Below are positions 28,646 through 39,172 of a stretch of DNA of 64,000 bases, piece after piece. The DNA comes from Candidatus Marinacidobacterales bacterium (lineage in GTDB: Bacteria; Acidobacteriota; Vicinamibacteria; Marinacidobacterales; DATDRI01). The notes under the pieces were generated by a model. It saw nothing but the letters and a program-made list of their open reading frames with translations. It searched no databases and was not told where the DNA came from. The DNA is taken from contig OZ244742.1 in the NCBI GenBank assembly GCA_965219415.1, positions 1,472,001-1,536,000 of the forward strand. Direction: 5' to 3'. The translations under genes were made by a program, and so were the position numbers. How positions within the stretch are numbered: position 1 is the stretch's first letter; every line of letters begins with the position of its first letter.

Positions 28646-30949
28646 TTAAGCCAGTCCTCGGGCTTTACGGTATCCCCACTCGGTCGCAACGAGTCCGACA
28701 ACTAGCAGAAAGAGAATTGGCATATCCCACAAGTCCTTCTCTTCGAGAACGGAAGTACCACCTTCGACATAGCTCATATCCTCGGGGAGCTCCGCCACGT
28801 TTTCGCTCGTGTAGAAGCGTCCGCCCGTATCCTCAGCGATTCGCTCGAGAAGCGACGTATTCATTTCCGCCCCGAAAAACTCATCGGCGAGTTCGGTAGT
28901 CAAAATGTAGGACGAAGATTCGCCAAGAAGGTTCCCGGACCGCCGAGCCGCCACCCGAATCTCGTGCAAACCCTTCTCTTCCGGAAGAAAGCTGGCGCGG
29001 TACTGGCCGTCGGTGTCCACCGTCCACTCCATCGCCAATTCCAAGAGCTCCCCGGAAGGAGTCTTGACTTCAGCCACCACCTCCGCGTTGTTCACCTTGA
29101 GGAACGTGTCGTCGTCGACCTCGGCGGTCAGGGTCACCGGCTCGCGGGGTGAGTAGCGATCCTTCTCGGTCGTCACTTCGACCGGGTCGGGAACATAGCT
29201 GACTAGCCATCTCAAGAGCTTGCGCCACAGCGTCTCGTGGGTCATGTCCTCGAGATCGATGTCGGCATGCATCTGCCACTGCCAGGAGTCGTGGGCGGTC
29301 AGCGCCAACGCCTTGCCGCGCCCGTAACGTTGAAACGCGAGCACCACCTGTCGCTCAGACGTTTCCAGCTCGGTGCCGACGAGCAACGTCGTTGCGCCCG
29401 GCTTGGTTTGCCGGACCGGGTTCAGTGTGGAAAGAGCCGGAAGCTTTTCCCACCGTGTGATACTCTCCTCCACGCCACCGCCGAATTGGGTCACGGGGTG
29501 GGTCTTGCCTACCGGCGTGGGCTCGACCGTCAACTCCGCAAAGTATGGCTCGCCTTCGTCTCCATCGAGCTCTTCGAGCGCCACCGGGAGCACTTCGGCC
29601 ACTGGAGTGCCAGCGTAGCCGCCTTCGGAAAAGGAGTGCCGCCCGCCCAGCATCAGAAACCCTCCCCCCCGCTGGCTCACGAAGTCGGCCATCATTCGGA
29701 GCTGGTCGTAGGTGAAATAGCTGGCTTCTACGCTCCCCAACACCAAGCCTCGGTAGCGGAAGAGCTCCTCCCTCGTCTTGGGAAATCCCGATGCGAGCTC
29801 CTCAGCGTCGCTCACATCGAGTCGCAAGAACTTGTTCTCAGCAGTTCGCTGTAGCACAACGACTCGAAGGTTCTTGTCTTTCGACACCGCTCGACGAATG
29901 AACTTCAACTCGAACCGAGGCTCACCCTCAAAATACAAGATCTTCTCGCGCCGGTCCTCCACCACGATGAGGACGTCCTGCTGGTTGTTCTGCGTGACCA
30001 TTTCGCCCGATTGCGGGTGAACCTTGAAACGGAACAGGCGTGGCCCCGCGTCGGATGCGGTGAAGTGCACGCGGACCGTCGAGACGTCGCCTTCGGACGC
30101 GAGCTCAACTTCGCGTGAGTTAACGATTCGACCGGAGTCCTCGACGTCGAGCCGTACTCGAGATCCGGGGAAGCCCCGCTGCGATATTCCCACGTCGACC
30201 ACCAGGGCTGAGCCCTTGAGCACCGAACGAGGAGTGTCCACGCGGGATAGCTCGATGTCTTTGGAAAACCGATCCCGACCAAGCCCCACGGTATAGACGG
30301 GAACGGATCGGGCTTTGAGCGCTAGCAACGTATCGCTGAGTATGGCGTGTGAATTATCGGCGCCGTCACTGACCAGAACCAAGCCCGCCAGTGGTACCGC
30401 AGCAAGCTCGTCGGCGACCCTTTCCAACGCCCGCCCGACATCGGTCCGCGGCCCGGCGAAAGTGAGCTCAGATGAGCTCGCGACCCGCTCGGCATCGGAT
30501 GAAAAGCGGAAGAAACGGATCTTGAATTTTTCCGACAGTGCATCGAGTAGTGGGCTTCCCTCGGGACCGAAGGTCGAGTGGATGAACTGCGAGCGCGGGG
30601 CGCCGTCCTTGTCCGCGATCTGAATGCTGCGGGTGTCATCCAGCAAGACGCCGACGAAGCTCTTGAGTGGCACCACCGTGGAGAGAACGAGAGCCGGCTG
30701 GCTCAGGCACAAGAGGATGACCGCCAAGACCGCCGCGCGCAAGAGCGCCAAGATCAGTCGGTCGCGTTGGCCAGTCTTTCCCCGCACGGCTCGGTACTTG
30801 AGGATGGTGGGCACGGCCACCGCAACGACAATGAGAGCGACCAAGTAAGACGGCCACGAAGCCGCAAGTGTCAGGCTTCCCTTTTCAAAAACGACCGGCC
30901 GGTACTTGAAAAGAAATTGAAAAACGGACTCGAAGAGGGACTCCATCAT
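28646..30949 (-). CDS. Membrane protein with VWA and glutamine amidotransferase-like domains
   Basis: DDTRS MIDAS-like, SDG, GGGFLMLGG..SF..GGY, QRYGRG; C-terminal TM with EWGYRK. Confidence 0.8.
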   Translation of the reverse strand: MMESLFESVFQFLFKYRPVVFEKGSLTLAASWPSYLVALIVVAVAVPTILKYRAVRGKTGQRDRLILALLRAAVLAVILLCLSQPALVLSTVVPLKSFVGVLLDDTRSIQIADKDGAPRSQFIHSTFGPEGSPLLDALSEKFKIRFFRFSSDAERVASSSELTFAGPRTDVGRALERVADELAAVPLAGLVLVSDGADNSHAILSDTLLALKARSVPVYTVGLGRDRFSKDIELSRVDTPRSVLKGSALVVDVGISQRGFPGSRVRLDVEDSGRIVNSREVELASEGDVSTVRVHFTASDAGPRLFRFKVHPQSGEMVTQNNQQDVLIVVEDRREKILYFEGEPRFELKFIRRAVSKDKNLRVVVLQRTAENKFLRLDVSDAEELASGFPKTREELFRYRGLVLGSVEASYFTYDQLRMMADFVSQRGGGFLMLGGRHSFSEGGYAGTPVAEVLPVALEELDGDEGEPYFAELTVEPTPVGKTHPVTQFGGGVEESITRWEKLPALSTLNPVRQTKPGATTLLVGTELETSERQVVLAFQRYGRGKALALTAHDSWQWQMHADIDLEDMTHETLWRKLLRWLVSYVPDPVEVTTEKDRYSPREPVTLTAEVDDDTFLKVNNAEVVAEVKTPSGELLELAMEWTVDTDGQYRASFLPEEKGLHEIRVAARRSGNLLGESSSYILTTELADEFFGAEMNTSLLERIAEDTGGRFYTSENVAELPEDMSYVEGGTSVLEEKDLWDMPILFLLVVGLVATEWGYRKARGLA

Positions 30950-30953
30950 GCGA

Positions 30954-31829
30954 TTAGTGGCTCATGCCGTAGATTATGAAGTTCACACCCATCTGGTACG
31001 CGTAAGTCGAAAATTTCAGTGGGTAGTATGGGTTCTCCGCCCACTCCCAGGCATCGCCGAGGTCGGTGTTCCAGTTAATCACGACCATCAGACGACCCTG
31101 GTCATCGGAAATCCCGCGAAGCACGGGCGTGTACCCGTCTTTTTCCCACGTCGGTCCCCCGGCAATCCCTTGGCCGACGTTGGGCACCTGAACAATTTCA
31201 TTAACGTTGTAAAAACAAGTGAACACCGGATGGTCCCGAGGAACATCCACGACCCTTCGTCCGGGAAGTATTCGCTCGAACTCCAACTCGAAGTTCTCCC
31301 ACTCGAAACTGCCCCAAAAGTCATCTATGACCAAGAAACCACCCGCCAGCAAATACCGTCGGAGGCCCAGGACCTCCGATTCCGACAACGCCATGTAGCC
31401 CACCTCGACGGCGTAGAGGAAGGGATAGCATCCCAGATTGGGGTCGGTCAGCCGAATGGGGTTCTCGGCTTCATACGCGTCGAGGTTGGTGAGCCTTCGA
31501 AGACCGATGAGGAACTGGCGGTCCGCCTTCGGGAAGTCCACACTCCAACTCCGGTGGTTTCGAAACCCGTAGCCGGTGTAAGCGGCGCGCGTGAAGTAGA
31601 ACTCGCGTGGTTCGCCGGGATGCCGCAGCAAGGGGAGCACGAGCTCGTCGTCGAGGGAACCGGCGCTCGGAGACGCTTCTATCGGAGATTGTTTGCTTGA
31701 GGCTTCGGTTACGGTCACTGATCTGACAGTGGGGAGCACGCTCCCCGGCTGCAAGGCAAGGATGGCGAGGGGCGCTCCAAGCACACCAAGAGTCAGAATC
31801 CCAACGGAGGCTAGCGTTTCGAGCCGCAT
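30954..31829 (-). CDS. DUF4159 domain protein
   Basis: WSVDFPKAD, LRRYLLAGGFLVIDDFWG, NTDLGDAWEW, MGVN. Confidence 0.88.
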   Translation of the reverse strand: MRLETLASVGILTLGVLGAPLAILALQPGSVLPTVRSVTVTEASSKQSPIEASPSAGSLDDELVLPLLRHPGEPREFYFTRAAYTGYGFRNHRSWSVDFPKADRQFLIGLRRLTNLDAYEAENPIRLTDPNLGCYPFLYAVEVGYMALSESEVLGLRRYLLAGGFLVIDDFWGSFEWENFELEFERILPGRRVVDVPRDHPVFTCFYNVNEIVQVPNVGQGIAGGPTWEKDGYTPVLRGISDDQGRLMVVINWNTDLGDAWEWAENPYYPLKFSTYAYQMGVNFIIYGMSH

Positions 31830-31935
31830 TCAGGAACTCCCTGTCAACAATTACCGGGATAACTGCGATAATCGCGGTCGCGACGTCGAGACAGGTCCAA
31901 GGCCCACTCGCTAGTGACTTCCATGAAGAATGACG

Positions 31936-31951
31936 GCAAGAAAGATGCCAG
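31936..31951 (-). promoter_or_regulatory. Sigma-54 (-24/-12) promoter of the DUF4159-MoxR operon
   Basis: Minus strand CTGGCATCTTTCTTGC = GG-N10-GC with TGGCA and TTGC; ~107 bp upstream of the ATG. Confidence 0.65.
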
Positions 31952-32297
31952 TACCACGGCCTGCCAGCCCTTCCTGGTGCGGCTTCCAGCCCCCATAAAG
32001 CCTACAAATTGCGGGCCTATCTAGGTTTATTATAACCTGACAGACTCCTTTCTCATAATACGGGGTCGCTCGACTCCGAACTGTGGAGCTTCCCTCACAA
32101 CCCCGCGAAGCACCGGGGGGGCGGGCAAGAATGGCCACTTGGAGGGTATGCCCCACCGGAAGCTCCTTGCCCGTGGCAATGTCTCGCTGATAGGGCCGCT
32201 CCTGAAAGCGAGCAAAACAGGGCTAGCAGTCGTTCGGTTTCTTGCCTATGATTGCGGGCAAGTTTGGTGGCGACTCGCGTAACCAGGAGGTTATTTC

Positions 32298-33390
32298 ATG
32301 AACAGTACGGCCAGCCGATTCAGTCCGTCGAGTGCTAGATTCTCCGCAAGCCCATACATTATTGGTACCGCTCTCATCATAAGCTCTTCGGCTTGCCAGC
32401 CGTCCCAGCCCGTCGAGGAATCACCTCCAGAATCGGCGGAAGGGGACGCGACTAAGATCCCTTCACCACCCGCGGGCTTCGATGCGGTCCCGGTACCTGA
32501 AGACAACCCGGTCACGGTGGAAAAAGTCGCTTTGGGCGAGCAGCTCTTTTTCGACAAAAGACTCTCAGCCGATGGCACCCGATCTTGCTACTCCTGTCAT
32601 GTGTGCGAGAACGGCCTAACCGATGGAAAACCAGTCGCGGAGGGAGCGCTCGGCAAGATACTCACCCGAAGCAGCCCATCCTTGTGGAACGTCGGTTACC
32701 AGTCTGAGTTCTACTGGGATGGCCGAAGCCCCTCTCTCGAGCGCCAAGCAATGGCTGCCTGGACCGGCGGCAACATGGGCGCGAACGCCGAAGACGTGGT
32801 GGGAGCACTGAACGAGATCGGCGGATACCGCGCCCAATTCCAAGAAAGTTTTCGGGGAGGACGCCACTCCTGACAACGTAGTCGCCGCGATCTCTGCCTA
32901 CGAGAGGGTCAGCCTCCTTTGCGGAGAGACGGCCTACGATCTCTGGCGCGGCGGCGATGAAACCGCAGTGAGCGACGGCGCAAAGAAAGGAGCGGAGCTC
33001 TTCGTCGGCAAGGCCGGTTGCGGAAACTGCCATTCCGGCGTGCTCTTTACGGATATGAAGTACCACAACGTCGGAATCGGAATGGATGCAGATGAGCCGG
33101 ATGTCGCACGAGCCAAGGTGACGGGAGACGAGGCCGACACCGGTGCCTTCAAGACCCCTAGCTTGAGAGACATCAGCCGGAGCGCGCCCTATTTCCACAA
33201 CGGAAGCACCGCCACCCTCGAGGAAGCGCTCGACCTCATGCTCGGCGGGGGAATCGATAATCCCTACATCGATTCCGAAAATTTGAAAAAAGTAGATCTC
33301 ACCGCGGAAGAAAGAGCGGACCTCTTGGAATTCCTGAAGGCCCTCGACTGTCCGTGCGATTTGACGGAGCCGAAGCTCCCGGGACTCTAG
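32298..33390 (+). CDS. Di-heme cytochrome c peroxidase/MauG family lipoprotein (one +1 frameshift near 32845)
   Basis: LGEQLFFDKRLS, CYSCH, FYWDGR, CGNCH, FKTPSLR, PYFHNGS; extra A in GAAA splits the ORF. Confidence 0.88.
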
Positions 33391-33698
33391 GCCTCTTGGA
33401 TCCAGCGATGATCGACGACGAAGGAAAATTGTGGTTTTAGTTTGCGGATTAGGACCTCCGCCGCAAGGGATCGCGCGCAACCTCGAGCCAAGAGCTCCTC
33501 GGCCGAGCCTCCCTCGGTGGCAGCTAGTTCGTCCGCAACTTCGATCGCACGCGGGGTTAGTTTGAGGGTGCCCTCGACCGACTGCCCCTCTTGACTTCTC
33601 ACCGCGACCGAATAAAGCTTGAACTTCTCGTCTTCGGTATCGGCAGGGCGTATATCCGCCTGGTATTCTTCTTCGCGCACTTTGAAGCTTGCTCTCAT
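33387..33698 (-). CDS. Hypothetical protein
   Basis: GGAG RBS, protein-like composition, 20 bp downstream of the VWA gene. Confidence 0.65.
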   Translation of the reverse strand: MRASFKVREEEYQADIRPADTEDEKFKLYSVAVRSQEGQSVEGTLKLTPRAIEVADELAATEGGSAEELLARGCARSLAAEVLIRKLKPQFSFVVDHRWIQEA

Positions 33699-33718
33699 TT
33701 CTTTTCTCCGCGAGTTCG

Positions 33719-34669
33719 TTAGCGCTCGCCATCCTGGTCAGGTTCGTCGAGAGGACCGGTGTAGCCTTGTCGGGCTCTGACCTTTGTCCCCTTGTGTGCA
33801 ACCTCTACTTTGATCTTGCGATAGCTGCCGTCCCTCTTGGTGTTGGTGGAGATATAGCCCAGCGTGTACTGGCTGAACAGCTCCTCCAGAATGCGATCAT
33901 AAAACTCGTCGATCTGCTCCAGAGATGTCGCAACAGCATAAGAGCCTCCGGTCAGCTTCGCAATCTGACGGAGGAACCTTCCTTGAGTGAATAGGCGCGA
34001 CGGGGATCGTCGCTGTCCACCGAAATGGATGGTGTGGATCGTAACCGAGGATGCCTTCACCATGTCCAAACAGTCCCCGATTCCGAGCGTGCTGCGTGAG
34101 TCGACCCCATCGCTGAAGACGACGAGTGTTTTCTTACCGTCGTAGTGGTAAACGCGATCAAGTACCGTGCCGATGGCGTCGTAGAGTGCCGTCCAACCCT
34201 CTGCTTCCATCTTGTAGACACGCTCGGCGATCTGCCGTTGATCGTCTGAAGAGTACTCGGAAAGACGAATGTTCTCATCGAAATCGAGAAAGAGTAAATG
34301 CTCGGTCGCGGGAATGTTATCGAGAAACTTGAGCGCCGCCGATTGCACCAGGCTCATCTCGTCATCCATGCTTCCGCTTGTATCCATGATCAAGCCCATG
34401 ACCTGCTTGCCCGACATGGCCTCCTTCATGTCCAGCGACATCCCGACCCACGAACCGTCCAGACCCTTCGCGAAGAGGCTGACCTCTTGTTCGACACCAT
34501 CTTCGTAGACGGTGAACAAGCTGGAGTCGAGGCCTGGGATGAAGTTCCCGTCTTTGTCAGTCACCGCGACCGGCACCGACACCATGTCGACTCGAGCTTT
34601 GAAACGAAGGGGCTTTTGAGCGGTAAGGAGTAGGGCGGAGCTAATCAATAAGAAGGCTTTCCAATACAT
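33719..34669 (-). CDS. VWA domain protein (acidobacterial VWFA-related type)
   Basis: VPVAVTDKDG, EDGVEQ, DTSGSM, TALYDA, FSDG.D, QYTLGY, RARQGY. Confidence 0.88.
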   Translation of the reverse strand: MYWKAFLLISSALLLTAQKPLRFKARVDMVSVPVAVTDKDGNFIPGLDSSLFTVYEDGVEQEVSLFAKGLDGSWVGMSLDMKEAMSGKQVMGLIMDTSGSMDDEMSLVQSAALKFLDNIPATEHLLFLDFDENIRLSEYSSDDQRQIAERVYKMEAEGWTALYDAIGTVLDRVYHYDGKKTLVVFSDGVDSRSTLGIGDCLDMVKASSVTIHTIHFGGQRRSPSRLFTQGRFLRQIAKLTGGSYAVATSLEQIDEFYDRILEELFSQYTLGYISTNTKRDGSYRKIKVEVAHKGTKVRARQGYTGPLDEPDQDGER

Positions 34670-34920
34670 CAAGTGTCCAAATAGAAGCCGGCTTCCGTCC
34701 GTTATTCCCTCTCCCCTCTGGGGAGATTCGCGGGCGCCAGGAATCGTCGTGCCACTATCAGCGGAGCCAGACGCCGGGAGAGGGGTTAATACTGCTACCC
34801 CTTTATTCTGGCCGGGCCGAAGAGAGCGAACCGTAGCACGACTCGCCACAGAGGGTCAATTCAGCGAACAATTTTCGTCCGCTGCGTTCACCCTGTTCAA
34901 GCAAATGCCGTGGGCACTTC

Positions 34921-35496
34921 TTACACTTGATCCTGGGCCGGTCCCTCGGGCTTCAGCCCGAGAACACTGGTCTGGGGTGCCAGTGTTTGATCTTCGATGC
35001 GGTCGGCCAGGATCCGTCGCGCCTGACCGTAGTAGTCACCGGGTACACGAAGAAAATCGTAGCACTGTCGAAGAAACCTATCCTCGACGCGGAGAGCAAG
35101 GACAATGTCCGGCCTCTCACGCCAACCGAGCCAGCGAATCTCCTGGTAAGGAAGGAAGCGATGCTCGGCCCAGATGCCCGAGGCATAGAAACCCTTTCGA
35201 ATCCGGAAACTCAGAGGAAAGACGACGGTGTAAAAGACCGCCATGAGCCCCTGCGCGACAGTGTGGAGAGCGGGTCGGTGCAAGATGAAGCCGCTCAAGA
35301 AAGTCATAACGATCATGAAAAATCCGATCCCGAGACAAAGGCCGAAAAACCAGGGACGAGGCGTCTCCCAAGAAAGGATAGAACTCGATGCCAGGCTTCG
35401 GAAACGGCGATACTTGATTAGGATGTAGACGATCCAAGCCGAGAAGAAGACGGACAGCCCAAAGAAAGCCACCCCCAGCAGATCATCCATGTTCAT
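34921..35496 (-). CDS. Hypothetical membrane protein
   Basis: Three TM segments followed by a soluble tail. Confidence 0.65.
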   Translation of the reverse strand: MNMDDLLGVAFFGLSVFFSAWIVYILIKYRRFRSLASSSILSWETPRPWFFGLCLGIGFFMIVMTFLSGFILHRPALHTVAQGLMAVFYTVVFPLSFRIRKGFYASGIWAEHRFLPYQEIRWLGWRERPDIVLALRVEDRFLRQCYDFLRVPGDYYGQARRILADRIEDQTLAPQTSVLGLKPEGPAQDQV

Positions 35497-35588
35497 TCCA
35501 TTCTAGCTCTGAACCGGAACCAATCACGAAGCAAAAGGCGGTGACCAGGCTTGCCCTCGATTTGAGTCGCGGAGCGCAGGAAATCCGA

Positions 35589-37103
35589 TCAATCAAACTC
35601 GCGAGGGCCCCACTCTTCTCGTACTCGAGCTCCGTCGTCTCCGCCGCCGATGCCCGGTTCGCCACGGGCATTCTCGAGCCCGCCGGGCCGCCTCGAGGGA
35701 ATGCCGCCTACGAAAGGCCGGATGAACAACCGAAACGCGTCCCGCTCACCGTGCGCACCGAGCGCCGCGGACTCTAGGCGTTCGCCACCTGGGAGGGATC
35801 GCCCTTCGAACTCGAAGAGCCCCAGTCGGGACTTTTCCGGTCGCACGGTAAAGATCGTCATGCCCGCTTGGTCGGCCCAGCGAAGGTCGTTCTCCAACGA
35901 TTGGCGGACGGCGGCGGCGGTGAGCTTCGCTGTGACGGCCGTTTCGTCCGGACTCGCCGCGGGAGAACCGCTGACATAGATCACCTGCTCAGCACCCGCG
36001 GATATCGCATCAGCGATGGTAGAGTGACCGGCAAGGAGACTGGAGGCAAATCTATGAACCTCGCCCGCGTGCCTGCCGACCAACGGCAGTCGCAGCGGTA
36101 CGCCGGGAGCGAGGCTGGGCGAAGAGACGGAGGCGGTGAGGGCATCGAACAACAGCGGACCCGACTCGCCGGCGAGACTGACCGGCTCCGCGACGAGCGC
36201 ACCGGAGCCGGGGCCACGAGCCGCCATTCGATTCAGCCAACGATCCTTTAGCAGTACGAACGGAACCTCTTGGCCACTGTCCATATCCAGAGCGTAGAAG
36301 ATGAGCTCACTAAAGCCTGGCTGTCCGAGGCTCGCGGAAAGGATGTCCCGGTAACAGTTTCCTATGTCGGCAACTTGGGGTGGATGCGTGTCGGTAGAGG
36401 CCCCTCGGACCGCTTCCCAAAGCGTTCGTCTGAGCGCTTGCGAGAACGGTGTAATCTGAATGAAGCCATCGCCTAGGAAACGGGCGACCCACCCACCCCC
36501 GGCCTCGCGAGTCGTCGGACGAAAGAGCCCAGGTAGCAACCAACCGACTAGCAACATCGCGAAAAGGATGGCCATGGGAAACGCCATCGCTCGAAGGTAA
36601 ATGGGGTCGAGCTCGGCGGAGAAAGCTGTGATGTGCTCCTGCATCCTGCCGAACAAGGAAGCCATCGTCGCCGGCGCGACGATTCGAGCCGCGGCGATGA
36701 AAGGGAGGGCTAACAAGAGCAACACCCCAAGCAAGGCCGGCGAAACGAAGACAGCGAATGCCGCGGTAAGACAAATCAAAGCTAGTCGGTACGGCGTACG
36801 AAGACTCCAGGCCCCGGTGTCTTGGATCGACGAAAAAAGACCCCCCTTACCGAGCAGCTTGTTCGAAGACTGGATGGCACCAAACGCCGCCACCAATGCC
36901 CCGACACCTTTGCCCAGAATCAAGTCGATGCGCACGCCAGCTTTTTCGAGAGCCTTGAGGGCCCCGGCCAAATAGGCCGCCGAGGTTCCTTCACCGATTA
37001 GAACCAATGCGGTGCGGCGGGACGGGTTATAAGAATGGATTCCGCCGCCTGGGCCGGCAGATGAGGGGAGGTGACTCTCCGGGAGCTCACCGGTCATCGA
37101 CAC
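35589..37103 (-). CDS. Degenerate patatin-like protein with inserted TM helices
   Basis: TALVLIGEG..AYLAGALKAL..IDLILGKGVGA; GxSxG Ser and DGG absent. Confidence 0.65.
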   Translation of the reverse strand: MSMTGELPESHLPSSAGPGGGIHSYNPSRRTALVLIGEGTSAAYLAGALKALEKAGVRIDLILGKGVGALVAAFGAIQSSNKLLGKGGLFSSIQDTGAWSLRTPYRLALICLTAAFAVFVSPALLGVLLLLALPFIAAARIVAPATMASLFGRMQEHITAFSAELDPIYLRAMAFPMAILFAMLLVGWLLPGLFRPTTREAGGGWVARFLGDGFIQITPFSQALRRTLWEAVRGASTDTHPPQVADIGNCYRDILSASLGQPGFSELIFYALDMDSGQEVPFVLLKDRWLNRMAARGPGSGALVAEPVSLAGESGPLLFDALTASVSSPSLAPGVPLRLPLVGRHAGEVHRFASSLLAGHSTIADAISAGAEQVIYVSGSPAASPDETAVTAKLTAAAVRQSLENDLRWADQAGMTIFTVRPEKSRLGLFEFEGRSLPGGERLESAALGAHGERDAFRLFIRPFVGGIPSRRPGGLENARGEPGIGGGDDGARVREEWGPREFD

Positions 37104-37191
37104 ATCATACTCTACGGCGCCCCTCGGCCGCGATTCTCACAGACCTAAATGAGGCTCCCACCTCAGCTGCGTTAAACTAGGGCCCTGACAC

Positions 37192-39150
37192 ATGGCGAAC
37201 AACGTTCAGCAGCTCTTAAAGGAGCGACTCGCGGCGGAGGTGAACACCCTCTTCGGAGTCGAGCTTCAGGATATCATCGTGGAGACCCCGCCCCAGGCGG
37301 AGCTCGGCGATCTCGCCTTCACCGTTGCGTTCGACTTGGCCCGTAAGGCCCGGAAAGCTCCCCGAAAAATAGCCGAAGACTTGGCCCCCGCACTTCGGGA
37401 AACAGAGGGCGTCGAGCATGTCGACATCGCCGGGGCCGGCTACCTGAATGTTTTCTTGGCTCGCGGTCCGTACCTGACGGCGTTTTGTCACGGAACGGAT
37501 GTCCACGAAAAACCGAAATCCGGCAAGGTCATCGTCGAGCACACCAATATCAATCCCAACAAGGCCGCCCACATCGGCCATCTTCGTAACGCGGCGCTCG
37601 GAGACACCTTCGTTCGCGTGCTTCGATTCTGTCGCGAAACGGTTGAGATCCAGAACTACATCGATGATACCGGGGTCCAAGTCGCCGACGTCGTAGTGGG
37701 CTTCGTGGAACTCGAGAAAAAAGGCCTGAAAGAGATCCTTGCCCTCGCGAAGAAGGAGCGGTTCGACTACTACTGCTGGGACCTCTACGCCAAAGTGACC
37801 GAATACTTCGCGGCCGATCCCCGGCGCGCAACCCGTCGCGAGGCAACCCTCAAGGCAATTGAAGACGGAGCGCAGCCAGAAGCAGCTATTGGCCGTGAGA
37901 TCGCCACCCGCATCGCAACATGTCACCTCAGGACGATGGAACGAATCAGCGTTCGGTACGATCTGATGCCTTGGGAGGGCGACATTCTCCGCCTGCACTT
38001 CTGGGACCACGCCTTCGCGCTAATGAAAGACAAGCGTGCGGTACGACTCTCTGAGAACGGCAAGAATGCCGGCTGTTGGGTCATGGATTTGCCTGAGGAG
38101 ACCGACGGCGGGGCATCGGAAGAGAAAGTGATCGTGCGCTCGAACGGTACAGTGACCTACGTGGGAAAAGACATCGCTTACCAGCTTTGGAAGCTAGGGC
38201 AGCTGGATCTCGATTTCGGCTATCATCGTTTCTATAACTACCCGCAAGGGGAGACGGTTTGGTCAACCACCTCGGAGTCGAGCGAGCCAGGAGCTCCCAA
38301 TTTCGGTAACGGCACCAAAGTTTACAACGTCATCGACACCCGGCAGTCTTACCTCCAGAAGATCGTTCAGCACGGAGTCTCGCTGATTGGCTCGGAAGAA
38401 ACCGAAGGCCGGTCACACCACTTTTCCTACGAAATGGTGGCCCTCACTCCAGCCACCTGCCGGGAACTGGGTTTCGAGGTCAGCGAGGAGGAGTCGAAGA
38501 AGCCCTACGTCGAAGTCTCGGGACGCAAGGGACTCGGCGTCAAGGCCGACGATCTGCTCGACGTTCTCGAGGAGAAAGCACTCGGGGAGGTGGCGGAGCG
38601 AAACCCCGAGCTCTCCAAAGCGGAACAGGGCGAGCTCGCGCAAACCATCGCCCGAGGTGCACTTCGCTATTTCATGATCAAGTTCACGAAGAACAAAGTC
38701 ATCGCGTTCGATTTCTCTGAAGCCCTGGCCTTCGAGGGCGACACCGGACCTTACCTTCAATACGCGATGGTTCGAGCCAACAAAATCATCCAAAAGGTGG
38801 GTCTAGAATCCGAGCTCGGTCCCCTTACCCCCCCCGCAGAGCTGACGGACGGCAAAGGCTTCGAAAAGCTAACCAAGGAGGAGGCCAACGAGCTGTGGTC
38901 GCTAGCCTTCACTTCGACCGGGCTCCCGCAAGTAGCGGACCAAGTGACGCGAGCCGAAGAACCGGCTCTGCTCGCGAGGTTCGCCTTCCAACTAGCTCAA
39001 AAATTCAATGCCTTCTACCACCGGTATCCCATCCTTAGAGAGTCCGATGCCACGAAGAAAGCCATGCGCCTTTTTGTGGTGCAGATCTTCCGGCGACAGA
39101 TGGCCGCCGCGATGCAGTTATTGGGCGTGTCGGTGCCAACCCGAATGTAG
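37192..39150 (+). CDS. argS: Arginine--tRNA ligase
   Basis: EHTNINPNKAAHIGHLRN (HIGH), VSGRKG, FEGDTGPYLQY, FNAFY. Confidence 0.97.
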   Translation: MANNVQQLLKERLAAEVNTLFGVELQDIIVETPPQAELGDLAFTVAFDLARKARKAPRKIAEDLAPALRETEGVEHVDIAGAGYLNVFLARGPYLTAFCHGTDVHEKPKSGKVIVEHTNINPNKAAHIGHLRNAALGDTFVRVLRFCRETVEIQNYIDDTGVQVADVVVGFVELEKKGLKEILALAKKERFDYYCWDLYAKVTEYFAADPRRATRREATLKAIEDGAQPEAAIGREIATRIATCHLRTMERISVRYDLMPWEGDILRLHFWDHAFALMKDKRAVRLSENGKNAGCWVMDLPEETDGGASEEKVIVRSNGTVTYVGKDIAYQLWKLGQLDLDFGYHRFYNYPQGETVWSTTSESSEPGAPNFGNGTKVYNVIDTRQSYLQKIVQHGVSLIGSEETEGRSHHFSYEMVALTPATCRELGFEVSEEESKKPYVEVSGRKGLGVKADDLLDVLEEKALGEVAERNPELSKAEQGELAQTIARGALRYFMIKFTKNKVIAFDFSEALAFEGDTGPYLQYAMVRANKIIQKVGLESELGPLTPPAELTDGKGFEKLTKEEANELWSLAFTSTGLPQVADQVTRAEEPALLARFAFQLAQKFNAFYHRYPILRESDATKKAMRLFVVQIFRRQMAAAMQLLGVSVPTRM

Positions 39151-39172
39151 CAGCTAAGAACGAGGGGAGCGG

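Noticed and set aside
32662-33801. 379-aa minus-strand ORF
   Set aside because: Overlaps the peroxidase antisense and the 103-aa gene out of frame
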